Source: Selaginella moellendorffii (taxonomy: Eukaryota > Plantae > Lycopodiophyta). Taken from it: 64,000 nucleotides of DNA. A program made the position numbers and the translations under genes. The stretch covers positions 1,245,955 to 1,309,954 of the forward strand of contig NW_003314275.1 in NCBI RefSeq assembly GCF_000143415.4, in the 5' to 3' direction. Positions 1 through 12,695 of this stretch are shown here, one piece after another (position 1 is the first letter of the stretch; every line of letters starts with the position of its first letter). The notes under the pieces were generated by a model. It made no database searches. It saw only the letters and a list, made by a program, of their open reading frames with translations, and had not been told where the DNA came from.

Positions 1-249
1 TAACCCTCACTCACTGTTGTATATATTTGCATTAAATTAACTACCTATGACTGTTTATGTAAAGTAGAGTTAAGAGAGTGACATATGCTTATACTTACTT
101 ATGCCTTTGGGGTTTGAGGTTGAGTTTTATTCGTTTCTATTCTATTCTCCTTTTTTTCTTCTTCTTCTTCTACATTCTTGTCACTGTTTGTTTGTCATAT
201 TTTACAAATAGGGGCAAGAACACAAGTATAAGTAGAAAAAGCTTTATTC

Positions 250-1850
250 ATTTTTGGCGATCACAGTGGGATAAACCATCACTCTTTGGTTTGAAAAACA
301 ACCGGGAGAAAATTATTTGTGAATTTTAAATATGCTCAGCACTAAGAATCACAAGTAGATTTCTTCAGTGATTGCAAAGGTCTTTAACCCAGAAAACACT
401 GAACAAAGGAGCTCTTTATGCTATTATAGTGATTTAATACCTAAACAAAGCAAGAAAGATACTTCTTCAACCATCATACAACCCATAGAGCTTGGGATGA
501 GTTTGAAATTGGAATTCAACATACATTACCAAGAAACTCAAGTTTAAATTGTGTTACTAGCAATTTCTTGAGAAAAATCCAAAAGAAGAAGGAATGGAAT
601 TTGTTTCATATGGAAAACATAGTCAACTACTCTAGAATTCTTTCCTTCTGAGCAAGTTCTCACTTGGGTTTTTGGAGGCTACATTCAGCATTGTCTCATA
701 ATTTTTCTAGGTATACACAAGTAGAAAAATTAGTCAATTATAACTCTTATTTTCGACTCTAGCTTAAAGAGAGCTAAAGTTAGTCTTAGTGAAGAATAAA
801 TTGGGGAATTATTCACCCAAATCTTATGAGGCTTTGATACAAGTAGAATTATAATTAAAATATTGTACTGTCTCAAAGCTTTGATCTAAGATCCTTTAGA
901 TTGGACTATTACCCAGACACGATTTGAAAGTAGATTTATCCCAAGTTTAAGTCTTTTATGTATATTGCAAGAGCTTATAAGACTTGAATAAAACTCGTAA
1001 GTCAAAAATTTAGAAACAATTATAGTACACCTAGGTGAATTAATCAAGGTTCATCTCTTAGACATAGAGAATTTGCAAACACTACTTAGTGTGAAAGGTG
1101 CCACTCTTTTATAGATTTTGAGAGCACTCACATCACATCTAACCCCATAGGGAGGAATCAAGGGCAATCATGTAAAATGTGCCTTATATCCTCTAAAGTG
1201 AGGCATAGATAAAGAGCAAATATACAAGTGAATAGGCATGAAAATCCACCTTTCATACTAGTTAAGTGACGTTCAATTACTAAAGGAAATATTCATCAAT
1301 TTATGCATGAAACACCCTTTGCAAGGCATGAACCACCCTTTGTGAGATGTAATCCACAAGTGTATATACCTCCTCACAAAAAAGAATTCCCACCTAGTGA
1401 ATATTTACCACATAGGCAAAATTATACAACTACTCTAGTAAAAATTGTAGCTTAATTTCCACCTACATTTGGAACGCACAGATCACCTCGTATGTTAATT
1501 GAGTTTTTGCTAGACGAAGCAATCGACAGGCTTCACACCATAAATGTAGAACAGAGAGTTGTAAAGTTTGCTACTATGCGTATGCATTAGTCTTGGAGAC
1601 ACTACTATTGTCAATTTGATCTCTAAAAAACTAGAACAAGCTTAGAGATATTAGAAAAGGGTTTTTGTCTAAAAAGATGAAATAGCCTCAGACACATGGA
1701 AATTTTGAAATACATTGCAAAGCTTAAAAAAATTTCATATAAATTTGAGCAAAAACTTGTATTGAACCATTATAATTATTGGCGAAGAGATTAAAGAGAA
1801 ATTTGCCTTGAAAAGCAATTTTTGTTTGAAGCAAAGTTTTCCACAAATTA
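250..1850 (+). mobile_element. Highly decayed Ty3/gypsy-like gag-protease remnant
   Basis: PBS-like TGGCGA.. at ~255; stop-riddled gag-like frame (LKRAKVSLSEE-IGELF), knuckle-like trace ~1170 and FLLDE protease-like trace ~1500. Confidence 0.35.
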
Positions 1851-1852
1851 GA

Positions 1853-4800
1853 TATCACATGTTGAAAAGCTATATAACGTCATTCCATAAATAAATTGAT
1901 CTATAATAGGTTATCATATGCTAAACAATTTGATATAGTAGATTACCATGTCAACTAGACACGTCCTATGTGTTGGTTCCATTCTGATCCAAGTGCTAGT
2001 TATGGTAAATGTCTAAATCTGCTTAAAAAGCATATCTATAAAATGTAGAAAGTGTCTTGAACCCTATGGTGTTATTCCACAACTAAGAATAAGGGCCTTT
2101 ATATCATTTGGCACCAACGGTTGAACTGGTGTTGTATATCCATGTTGATCTCCACTTGAGTCACTTGTATAGTTTTCGTAAAGTTCTTCCAGAATCCATT
2201 AGTGAATTTAGAGTCTTGATCACTCACCGACAAGGAAATGACTAATAGAGTTAGCCACCCTTGCTACTTCAAGTACCACTCGGCTTACAAAGGAATGAAT
2301 GCACTGGATTCGGAGGGTAGAAGGATGGAGCATAGTAGGGGGGATATAGGGGGTTCCAAATGTATAATAGGGATAGTGGTTGGAATGTATATGCAACCAC
2401 CTAAAATATTAGTTTAGCTTCTACTAAGCTATGTTGCTTTTTGTTTGACGTTTGGCTTGGGTCTAAGCCTAAGCTCCATGTTACTTTAGTTGGTGGGGTA
2501 CCCTCCTCCTTATGTTAAGCCACCGGTATGCTGAAATTATGCCAGACACTGTCTGACTCTAATTTGCATGCAAGTGTTAGATATGGGGAGCTAGTGCTTG
2601 TATGATTGAGAGTGTACTAGACCTCTCCAAATTTAAGTGCACTACATTTGGTATCAAAGGAATTGTCTCAACAATTCTTATCTAACTATTGTTAGAATTT
2701 TTTACTCAAATTGCATACATAGAGACTTTTCTAATAGATTCAAAGTGATATATGTAAAATTAGTTGAATTGCACCATTTGGTAATAATGTTGTATACATG
2801 TTTCGTTATTGATAAAGGCATGCATATAGCTAGCAAGATGGTGAAAAGGAACCATGTTGATGACATTAAAACCTTTAGACAAGCGAATTGAGAAGACGAA
2901 ACTCCTATTAGAGATGTTGTAGAAGAGGTTGAGGCTAAGTCAAAAGAGGAAGAGCTTAATTTTGTGACACTATAGCATACGGCTCAAGGCATTGAGATCA
3001 AGAATTTGTGAAAGGAAGTTCACAAATTGAAGAAGGAAAACAAGAAGAGGAAAAAAAAACTTGAGGTAGCTAAATCAGCTAAACCTAAGCAACCAAACTC
3101 TTCAAATTTTGAGGATCATGAAGTTTTGTAACCACCCCTAGTTGCAGAAGTTTCAAAGTTCAAGCCTCCGAAACTACCCAATTTTATAGGCATGCAAGAC
3201 TATTAGGTTTTGGAAGACTGAGTCTACAATATGGAAAACTATTTCATAATGACAAACATAGATGATCATACAAAAGTTGCATGCACACAATCCTTTCTTA
3301 CTGATCCAAAATTGGTGGCATTAGGTGTGCCCTAAAAAAGGTTGGACTAAGATCTAGTCTTGTATCCATAAGAAATACTTGCCAAATGATTTTGGTTTGA
3401 GACTTTATGCAGCACTGTGGCAATTAAAATAGAATGGGAACCTTATGCATTATGTTAATGCGTTTTCTTATAAGTGCATCATGATTGCAAATATGAATGA
3501 TAAAGATGCTTGAAGTTATTTTTAGAAGGTTTAAGTTCACTTTTTTGCAATGAGATTTTGAAGTTTAAGTTAAAGATGTACCTAGAATGTAAAGAGGCAG
3601 CACAACAAGTTGCCTTCAATCACTCACTTATGGAACAGTATCAGCAGCCGTATGTTAGTACCTTAAACAAGAATAAAAACTCCAGGAATAAACAAGGTGA
3701 TCGGAAATAGAGGGTGGAAGGAAAGTTCTGCTCTAAAGACTCACAAGCAATGGTTAACAAAGGTGGTAATTGGTGACCACTAGCAGATTCTTCTAGTCCT
3801 AAGTCCTTTGTTCCTCCTCCTGGTGGGTACAAGTAGCAATAACTTGCAAAATCCGCTCTTAGCGGAATAGGTAGTGTGGGTTATTACTTCCATTGTGGAG
3901 AGGCAAGACATAAGTCCTTAGAATGTCCTAAAAAGCATAAAACAAGGTTTCATGTTAATGTTATGAGGGAAGATGGTGGTGGCAAAGCTAAAGGGGTTAA
4001 CAAGTTGGTCAATGCAGACTATGAGGAAAAGGAAATGAGTTACTTTCATTACTTTGTTCAAGTTTTTCTTGTAGTTAATGCAAATACTAATCCGTTGATG
4101 TATCTAGTAAGCTTTATTCGCAGACATCGAATCCGAATGATGATTGACACGGGAGCTATGCACAATGTAATATCCAAAGATTTGGTAGAGTTGTTAGAAT
4201 TGAAATCTAAGGAAATGTTGCCCACACACTTTCATTTTGCAAAAGGCAAACAAGTAGCTAAAAGATTTGTGAATAATATTCTAATAAAAATATCCAAGTG
4301 GAAAAAAAGATTGGACTTGGTAGTGTTGAAGATAGTAAATTTCAAATGGTGTTTAGTATGAATTTCTTAAAAAATATATCAAAGGGATTTATGGTGCTAG
4401 ACAAAGTCGCATCACGTTAAGGTTAGAAGGATGTCATGTCCTTCCAATTGCAAAAGTGCTTATAAAAGGATTAGGATGCTAAATTCTTAATTGTGAAAGC
4501 CGCTCAAAAAGCAGTTAAGAAGGGATGTTGGACTATTTGGGTTCAAGTGATGGAAGTTGAGGGTGATGATGACTCATTTCAAATTGGTGATGGGGTTGAT
4601 TCTGTACCAAAGGACATAATAGAGTTGTTAGCATGGAATCAAGATATCTTTCTAAGGATTTGCCACTAAAACTACCTCTTAGCCATGAGGTTGATCATTA
4701 GATTAAGATTATTCTGTGTTCTAAACCACCTATAAAGGTTTCATATCATTTAAACATCAAAGAGATGGCTAAACTCAAGAAGCAATTCATGGAGCTTCTT

Positions 4801-7800
4801 AACAAAGGTTATATTTGATCAAGCAAGTCACCTTATGGAGCACTGGTCCTTTTTGTTATGAAAAAGGATGGTACCATGAGGATGTATATCGATTATCGGA
4901 CTCTTAACAAAATCATAGTTAAAAACAATTATCCTTTGCCTCGTATTGATGACTTGTTTGACCAACTCTTAAAGGCTAAGTATTTTACACGACTTGATTT
5001 ATGGTCCAAGTATCATTAGATATGGGCGGCAGATTAGAATGTGGAAAAGACAGCCTTTAAAACTTGGTACAGATCTAATAAGATCTTTATCATACCGTTT
5101 GGGTTATGCAATGCTTTTACAATATTCAATACAATAATGGATAAAATACTCTGAGATTATTTGGATACATTTTTTGTCCTATATATTGACAATGTTCTAG
5201 TATTTACTGAAATATTGGAGGATCATTTGAAACACTTGGAGCTGGTGTTTCAGAAGTTGTGTAAACATAAACTATGCTAAAGAAAGTAAATGTGTTTTTG
5301 GACAATTACACATGAACTTTCTTGGATATATAGTTGGTGGTGGCATAATTGACCTGAATCTAAAAAAGGTGGAAGTGGTGAAGCCCTAGGAAGTCTCAAT
5401 CATTATATCATATGTTTGTCCTTTCTCAGTTTGGCGGGATACTATAGCAAGTTTGTAAGTATTACTCTTCCGTTGACTAAGTTAACAAAGAGTAGTATAC
5501 CATTTCATTGGACACCAACTTGTCAATGTGCTTTTGTATAGATGAAAGAGAGTTTGACTATAGTTCATGTTTTCAAAATCCCAAATTTTGATAAACCCTT
5601 CGAAGTGCATTGTGGCTATGCTATAGGTGCCATGTTGCAACAAGATTGTAACAATGCAGTTGATGCTATGCTAAAGCAAATAATTGTCCCATTGCATTTT
5701 ATTCCAAGAAATTGGATAAAACCCAACAAAGATTACACACGAGAAAGCGATGTTTGTTATAATGTTAGCATTGGAACACTAGAGCCACTATTTGGGTGGA
5801 CATACCAAGGTTTATAAAATAGTAACACACTCAGCTACTTTGTTATGTAGTCAAAGCTTATGCCAAAGCAGGCTCATTAGCAAGAGAAGCTCGCTAGATT
5901 CAATATTCAAATTATCTATAAACTTGATAAAAACAATATTGCACCGAATGCATTGAGTCGTCAAGCTCAATTTTGGGCAATGTCGACAGTCAGTTTAGAC
6001 AACCCTAATAGTAATCATGCCAATGCAAAGCTTTACTTCTCATATCACAACATGCTTATTTTTTATAAGTAAGAAAGATTGTATCTTCCTTCCAAGGATC
6101 TACAACAGCTGTTTCTACAAAAACATTATGATGTTCTGGCAACGGGACATAGTGGAAAACAAAAGACTCTTACTTTATTGAAAAAAGGGATTTTTCTAAT
6201 TTGATATACTGAATTATGTCTATTCTTGCCCTATATATTAGTAATGTAAGTGAAGAACTGAGAAGTTGTAGTGTATTCCAGCACTAACATGGCCATTTCA
6301 GAGTATGACACTTGATTTTGTCATTTGCTTGCCAAAGTCTAAGGGTTATGATACTTTGATGGTGGTTGTGATCAATTTTTGAAGATTGCACACTTTATTC
6401 TAATTGTGGAAATAGTAAATATAAAATAAGCAGCAAAGCTCTTTTTCCATGAAGTAGTTTAGGTTTGTGGTCTTCATGAAGAGATGTTCTTGCATAGAGA
6501 TTCAAGACTTATAGGGAAGTTTTGGGGCACACTATTCTAGTTATTCGATACTAAGTTGAAATTTAGTATAACTTATCATCCTCAAACCGATGGGCAGACC
6601 AAATGTATGAATGCTTAAGTTGAGGATTATCTATATGTACTTATGTTGGTGGTGGACCAGACATCCGACTAGGTTGAGCATTTGGACACAATAAAAATCT
6701 GTTATAACAACATATTTCATAGTGCTATTGTTGTTCTTCATGGGAAATGCTGTAAGGGAATGTTTGTAGGGCTCCTCAACAGATTGCTATATCAAAACCA
6801 ATGTCTAAAGTATTGGTCCTAGCTATTAAGACTTATGTGGAGCCAATTATGCCACAATTGGTCTAAAGCTACTAAGGTGATAGGCAAAGCTCAAAATAGG
6901 TATCAATATGATAAGGATCAACATCATTAAGATGTATTCTATCAAGTGGGAGATCATCTTCTTGGAACTTGAATATTAAGGGATCTTTGTCTCGAAAGCT
7001 TTTACCAAAATATATTAGACCCTATTGGGTGTTGAAATGAATTAGTAATATCTCATATCGGTTGGATCTTCATGTGGAAATGTCCAATGTTTATAATGTA
7101 TTTCATGCTAATTTATTGGCTCCTTACACTATAGATGTTACACGTTAAGGGGAGATTCATCACTAGAAATTATGGATGATGAACCTAAATACAAAATTAA
7201 AAGCCTCTTATCATGTTGCTAGAAACATGGTGGTTGTACTAAAGAATATCTAGTTAAATAGAAAGGTTACCTATCTTGTGAATTAATGTGGGAGCCTCTT
7301 AGTAACCTTATGCATGCCTATGAGCTTGTCATAAAATATGAGAATTGTAACAAAGAATAACTTTTGTAAATCTTGGCAAATTAATAAAGTATTTATTTCT
7401 ATTAAATCACAAGTTTTGTTTCTCTTATTCATTAAGTTCTTGGGTCAGTTTTGGTATGTTGAGTTTTGCACTTCAATGCATGGGTTCAATCTATAACTAT
7501 GGGGATAATTATTATAAATTAATCACAAGTCCCTACCTCTCTGTTGTTGTCTCATTTTTGCAAAAGGGCGTGGTCATGTAAACAACTTCATCTGTCAGTT
7601 TATAATAGTTGTCTAAATCTTCCCGGCAAGGTTGATTTCTTGCTTAAGGGAGTTTTAGCTCTCTCCCTATGTCCCTTTGGGTAGGCATGTATCATTCCTT
7701 TGTAAACCGAGTGGTACTCAAAGCAATAAGGGTGGCTAACTTTATTAGTCATTTTCTTGTCGATGACGGTTAAAGGGTGTCTAAGTTTTAATATCTTTAG

Positions 7801-9171
7801 ACGTAAAGGAGAGGTAGTTCCATCACTCATTTAAGTCGGTGTGTTTTTCATATAATGTGCTTTCCATTAACTTTCGGAGTTGTTTCTTTGACGGGTATGC
7901 ATCGACAAGGAGAGTGTCGCAAATGTGACTTTAGGTATTGAAAGATACTTGTTAACCAGTCTTTACGGACACTCTCTCCTTACAACCACAATGGTAGGAG
8001 GTCAGTACTGTTAGTTCCCATTATGGTCTCCACCCAAACTAGTTGAGAAACTAGTTATTACATGTGCACTTGATTGGATGAGCATAAAGATAGCATATCT
8101 ATTTTCATGTCATCTGGTCAAACATATCTATAGCAGATTAGCTATTAGTTAAGCATACTTGACCTAGTTAGAGAAACTCATTCATTAACTTGCACTTGCT
8201 AGTGTTGAGAACCCCCACAATATTAAGTCTAGTCCCTTAATATCATTACATGGCAACTTACCATGTTTGTCAAACACCCTCACTTTCATGTCCTATATGT
8301 TGAATCCAAGTGTTATTTATAGTAAGTGTTTAGATCTACTCAAGAGGCATATCTATAGAATGTAAAAGGTGTTTTGAACCTTATGGTGTTATTCTGCAAT
8401 TAGGAGTAAAGGCCTTTGTATCTTTTGGCACCAATGGTTGAACTGATGCTATATATCCATGATGATCTCCACTTGAGCTACCTATATAGTTTTAGTAAAG
8501 TTCTTCTAGAATCCACTAATGAATTTAGAGTCTTGATCACTCACTGACAAGGAATGACTAACAGAGTTAGCCACCCTTGTTGCTCTAAGTACCACTTGGG
8601 TTACAAAGGAATAAATGCACTAGATGGAAGGATGGAGCATAATAGTAGCTTCAAACTAGTGCAACTTCGGGAGCAATTCCAAATGAAGAATATATAGTGA
8701 TTTGATCAATCTCAAAACATTGAATGAATAACCTTGCCTAAAGGGAAGAAACTCTTGGTACTAAGGGTGGCTAGTGGTGAAAGACCCCAAAGCATGTGTT
8801 CCTCAAGGGGGTGGGGTGGGGGGTTTGAGGGGGGTGCTATGGGGGGTTCTAAATGTATAATAGGGATAATGGTTGGGATGTATGTCTGACCATCTGAAAC
8901 ATTAGTTTGTCTTCTATTGGGCTATATCGCTCCTTGTTCTACGTTTGGCTTGAGTCTAAACCCAAGCTTCATGATACTCTAGTTTGTGGGGTACTTTTCT
9001 CCTTGTGTTAGGCCACGAGTTTGCTGAAATTGTGCCAAATATCGTCTGACACTGATTTATATATAAGTGCTGGATATGAAAAGTTAGTGCTTGTAGAATT
9101 AAAAATGTACTGGACCTTTGTTTCATAGCGCAATAGGCTTGGAGTTCGACTCCAAATTTATATGTGTTACA
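1853..9171 (+). mobile_element. Decayed full-length Ty3/gypsy chromovirus LTR retrotransposon
   Basis: 5' LTR ~1853-2646 (left edge uncertain) is homologous to 3' LTR 7915-9171. PBS TGGTATCAAAGG at 2649-2660; PPT ..GACAAGGAGAG just before 7915. Zn-knuckle and protease (CGEARHKSLEC, MIDTGA) 3876-4361; RT ([29 protein letters not shown]) ~4860; RNaseH ~5550; integrase (YHPQTDGQT) ~6575; chromodomain (KEYLVK-KGY..WEP) ~7240. Many stops. Confidence 0.9.
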
Positions 9172-9809
9172 CTTGAGCAGTTTACTGTCCAAAAACAAAA
9201 TCTTATCCATGACATCGACTAACTCTAGTTTTTAGCAAACTTGAGTGAGGATGACATCCAACAACATTATGACAATGATTTCATAACACTTATTTGACAC
9301 TTACACACTCCACTTGCTGATAATATGACATAGTTAACCCAATCAGTTTTATGTTTGTAATATATGTCTTTCCTTTTTACTTTATAAGGGCTTCTTTTTA
9401 TTGTTTTAGTTTCTAGCCTTTAGTGAAAGTCAATGACGACATTTATGAACTTGCACATTTGGAGAAGAGTCAGAAGGATCTCTCAACTGAACTTGTACAA
9501 ATTATGCACAAAATTTAACACACAAAATCTTCAAAGTTGAAGAAACTTGGACTTCATTTTCTTTGACTTTGTAGACAATTTTTCAAGTATTGATGGGAAA
9601 GTCAAGGATTAGAACTTTTTCACACCCAACCACATGCATGATGCATTCCTCTTGTCAGAAGCACTTATATTTTAAGTAGGCCATATCATATTCATCCTAC
9701 CAAATGACCCTAATTGAATATATAAACTTATAATGTGTGCAACAAAAGTATGTTTCAAGTCATCCTCTTTTGGGTGCATCATGGATCTTGTTGGCATTGA
9801 TACATTGAA

Positions 9810-10957
9810 CCCATGAAATTCCTGTGACATAGCAGCACCATAGTGAAGCTGTAAATGCAAGGTGCCTCAAATGTAGTAAAAAATTCACTTCACAGCTTGT
9901 CAATATGTAGGTCTAGGGCTCTTAAGGAATTGGGAGACCATCCCAACAGCATAGGTGAGATCTGGTCATGTTCCCAGCATCAAATAAACAAGACTCCCCA
10001 CAGCTTGATGATATGGCACTGTCCCATTCTTCCCCTATGTCAGGGGCCATGTCACGGCTGAGTTTGTGATTGACCTCAAGAGGTGTGGCCATGGGAGAGC
10101 AGTCCAGCATATTGAAGCGTACCAAGATCTCCCTTGCATAGTGAGCTTGTGTCAAGCTCAAGGTGCGTGCTCCTTGATTGCGTATAATTTTGATGCCAAG
10201 GAAATGGCGAAGCTCACCCAAGTCAGACATCTCAAATTCTTCACTCAGCTTCTTTTTCATCTCGTCCAGCAGGTGATGGGTTTTTGCACCAAGAATGCAG
10301 TCGTCAATGTACACAGCAACCAGGAGAAAATCGTCACCACACTTGTACAGGTACATGTTTCCTTCCATTGCAAGAGGAACACACCCCAAGCTCTTGAAGA
10401 ACGCATCAATGGGTTCAAACCAAACCCTCGGGGATTGTTCAAGCCCATATAGGGTGCAATTCAGCTTGCAAATAAGATGTTCCTCACCAGGTTTGACGAA
10501 TCCAGGTGGTTGTGTGATGTAGACCTCCTCATTCAACTTGCCGTGCAGGAAAGCAGTGCGAATGTCCAACTGGTGCAGTTCCAGGTCGTACTTGGTAGCC
10601 AGTGCAAGGATCACTCACATAGAGGTCAACTTCACAACTGGTGAGTACATCTCTATGGAATCTGGCTGAATCCCCGTGCGACAAACCTGGCCTTGAACTT
10701 TGTTATAGTTCCATCAGGTTTGTACTTGACTGCGTAAATCCATTTCGAGTTCACAAGGTGAGCACCTTCAAGTAAGGTTGTCTTTGTCATTGTATTGTTT
10801 CGCTCATGCAAATGCATTTCAGCATTCATGGCTTCTCGCCACTGGGCAGCATGAGGTCCAGCTAATGCTTTGTCAACATTCACTGGAATGGGGATTAGCA
10901 CTAGATTAGCAGCCACGAAGTTAGCCTGGTGCATTGTAGACAATCACAGGCCAAAGG
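9810..10957 (-). mobile_element. Ty1/copia reverse transcriptase fragment
   Basis: SKWIYAVK..KFKARFVARGFSQ, LHQLDIRTAFLHG, LYGLEQSPRVW, VYIDD; truncated before RNaseH. Confidence 0.9.
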
Positions 10958-11573
10958 AATAGATAGAGACTATAGCCAAAATTTCTGCTCATGAATGTAA
11001 GTTTCTTATTATATGTATATGCTGCTTTTCCAATGAACAAAACTCCAAATAACATGATTTACAATATTACAAAATTAAGGCTTTTATACAAGTAATAGAT
11101 AGAGACTCTAAAATTCCTTAATATCTACTTAATAAATAGAGAGAAAAGATTGTCAAAAGTATTTTAGAACATGATGAGAAAGGTTATCTATACCATGCAA
11201 ACTATATACAAAGGTGAAAAGTTCTTTACATCGCATATTAGTGATAATCCATTTAGCATATTTATGTCCTTTGACACATATGTCAACACATCATTGGAAG
11301 GGATTGAAGAGGGGTGATTGCTAGAGAATTCCACAAGCATGACAATTTATGATTGCCAATATGATCACCCTTATTTCATCCGATGTGCGGCTTGGAAGTA
11401 TAACATAATTTCTAAGATCTTTCCTAAATATATATTATTTACAGGTATCTTCAATATATAGGCATGTCATGTGAGAACTAATTGCAAAGGGTGTAAAGGA
11501 TAACAAAATATACCTAACAATATTTGCAAGAATTTCAAAAGCACAGAAGATAGAGGAGTTAGAGCTAGGGAAG

Positions 11574-12163
11574 TGTAAGCTCCTGAGTTTGGATTTCCCG
11601 GAAGGTCACCCAACCCAATACTATTCAAACCCAAGGACACTTAACCCCAAATATCCCAAAACCCTTAACCAATTGGAAAAGGGGGTGCATTCTTGTTCAT
11701 GGGCCCTTTCTCTCTATATTTGAACCCCATGGATCGTCTCTCAAGTCGTTCTCGTTGGTTGCTTACAATCCACCACGCTTCCTTGCAAGTTCACGCCCTT
11801 GTGAACGAAAGCTAAGAGCCGCAGCTCTCCCGAGAGCCCCGCTCTCTTGACACCCTACCCCTTGGGTCGAATCCAACGGGAGCAAACTGGACCAGCCAGA
11901 TGTCAATCAACATGTGGTGCGATTCCTCTAGCCAACCAACAGAGTCGGACCCAAGACCGCTCCGATACCAAATGTAAGCTCCTGAGTTTGGACTTCCCGG
12001 GAGGTCACCTAACCCACTATTCAAACCCAAGGACGCTTAACCCCAAATATCCCAAGACCCTTAACCGATTGAAAAAGGGGGTGCACTCTTGTTCATGGGC
12101 CCTTTCCCTCTATATTTGAACCCTATGGATCGTCTTTCAAGTTATTTTCTTTGGTTGCTTACA
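11574..12163 (-). mobile_element. Cassandra-type TRIM, complete copy 1
   Basis: TG..CA LTRs 11574-11767 and 11973-12163; minus-strand PBS TGGTATCGGAGC at 11959-11970; ~205 bp non-coding interior; TSD GGAAG/AGAAG; 5S-like core GTTAAGCGTCCTTGGG..GGTGACCTCCCGGGAAGTCC in LTR. Confidence 0.88.
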
Positions 12164-12695
12164 AGAAGAACACCTCTACACTAGATCAGGAGGAAGTTAT
12201 CAATATTGGTAACAATAGTAATGCTAGTGATGATAGAAAGGAGGATGAAAAAGCTCCAAATCAAGCTCATGTTTCACCACCAGACAACCAAGATTAAGCT
12301 TCAATTCCACCATCAGACAGCTAGGATTTAGATCAAGTTCCATTAGCAAATAATGATGATCAAATGGTTCATAAAATATTATATCAACCTTGAGGTAAGC
12401 AAAAGTGACTTTTGTTATTGGTAGTAATTTCATTCCATCTTGACAAGATGTTTGTGATGAGGAGTTTGAGGAACTTTCATTAACAACATGCCATATGGTA
12501 ATAATATATTATTCCTTGCTTTTTTCATTCACTTCGCTCTTGTGTAAATCTATCTTGTTTCCCCAATAACACACCAAAACACTATGGGTGTCTTCATTGG
12601 CTTTTACAATAAATTGCTAACATCTTTCACAGAAGACAACATAGAACATGGATATAGACATATGACACTAATTTGACTATTAATACTGAAAGATA

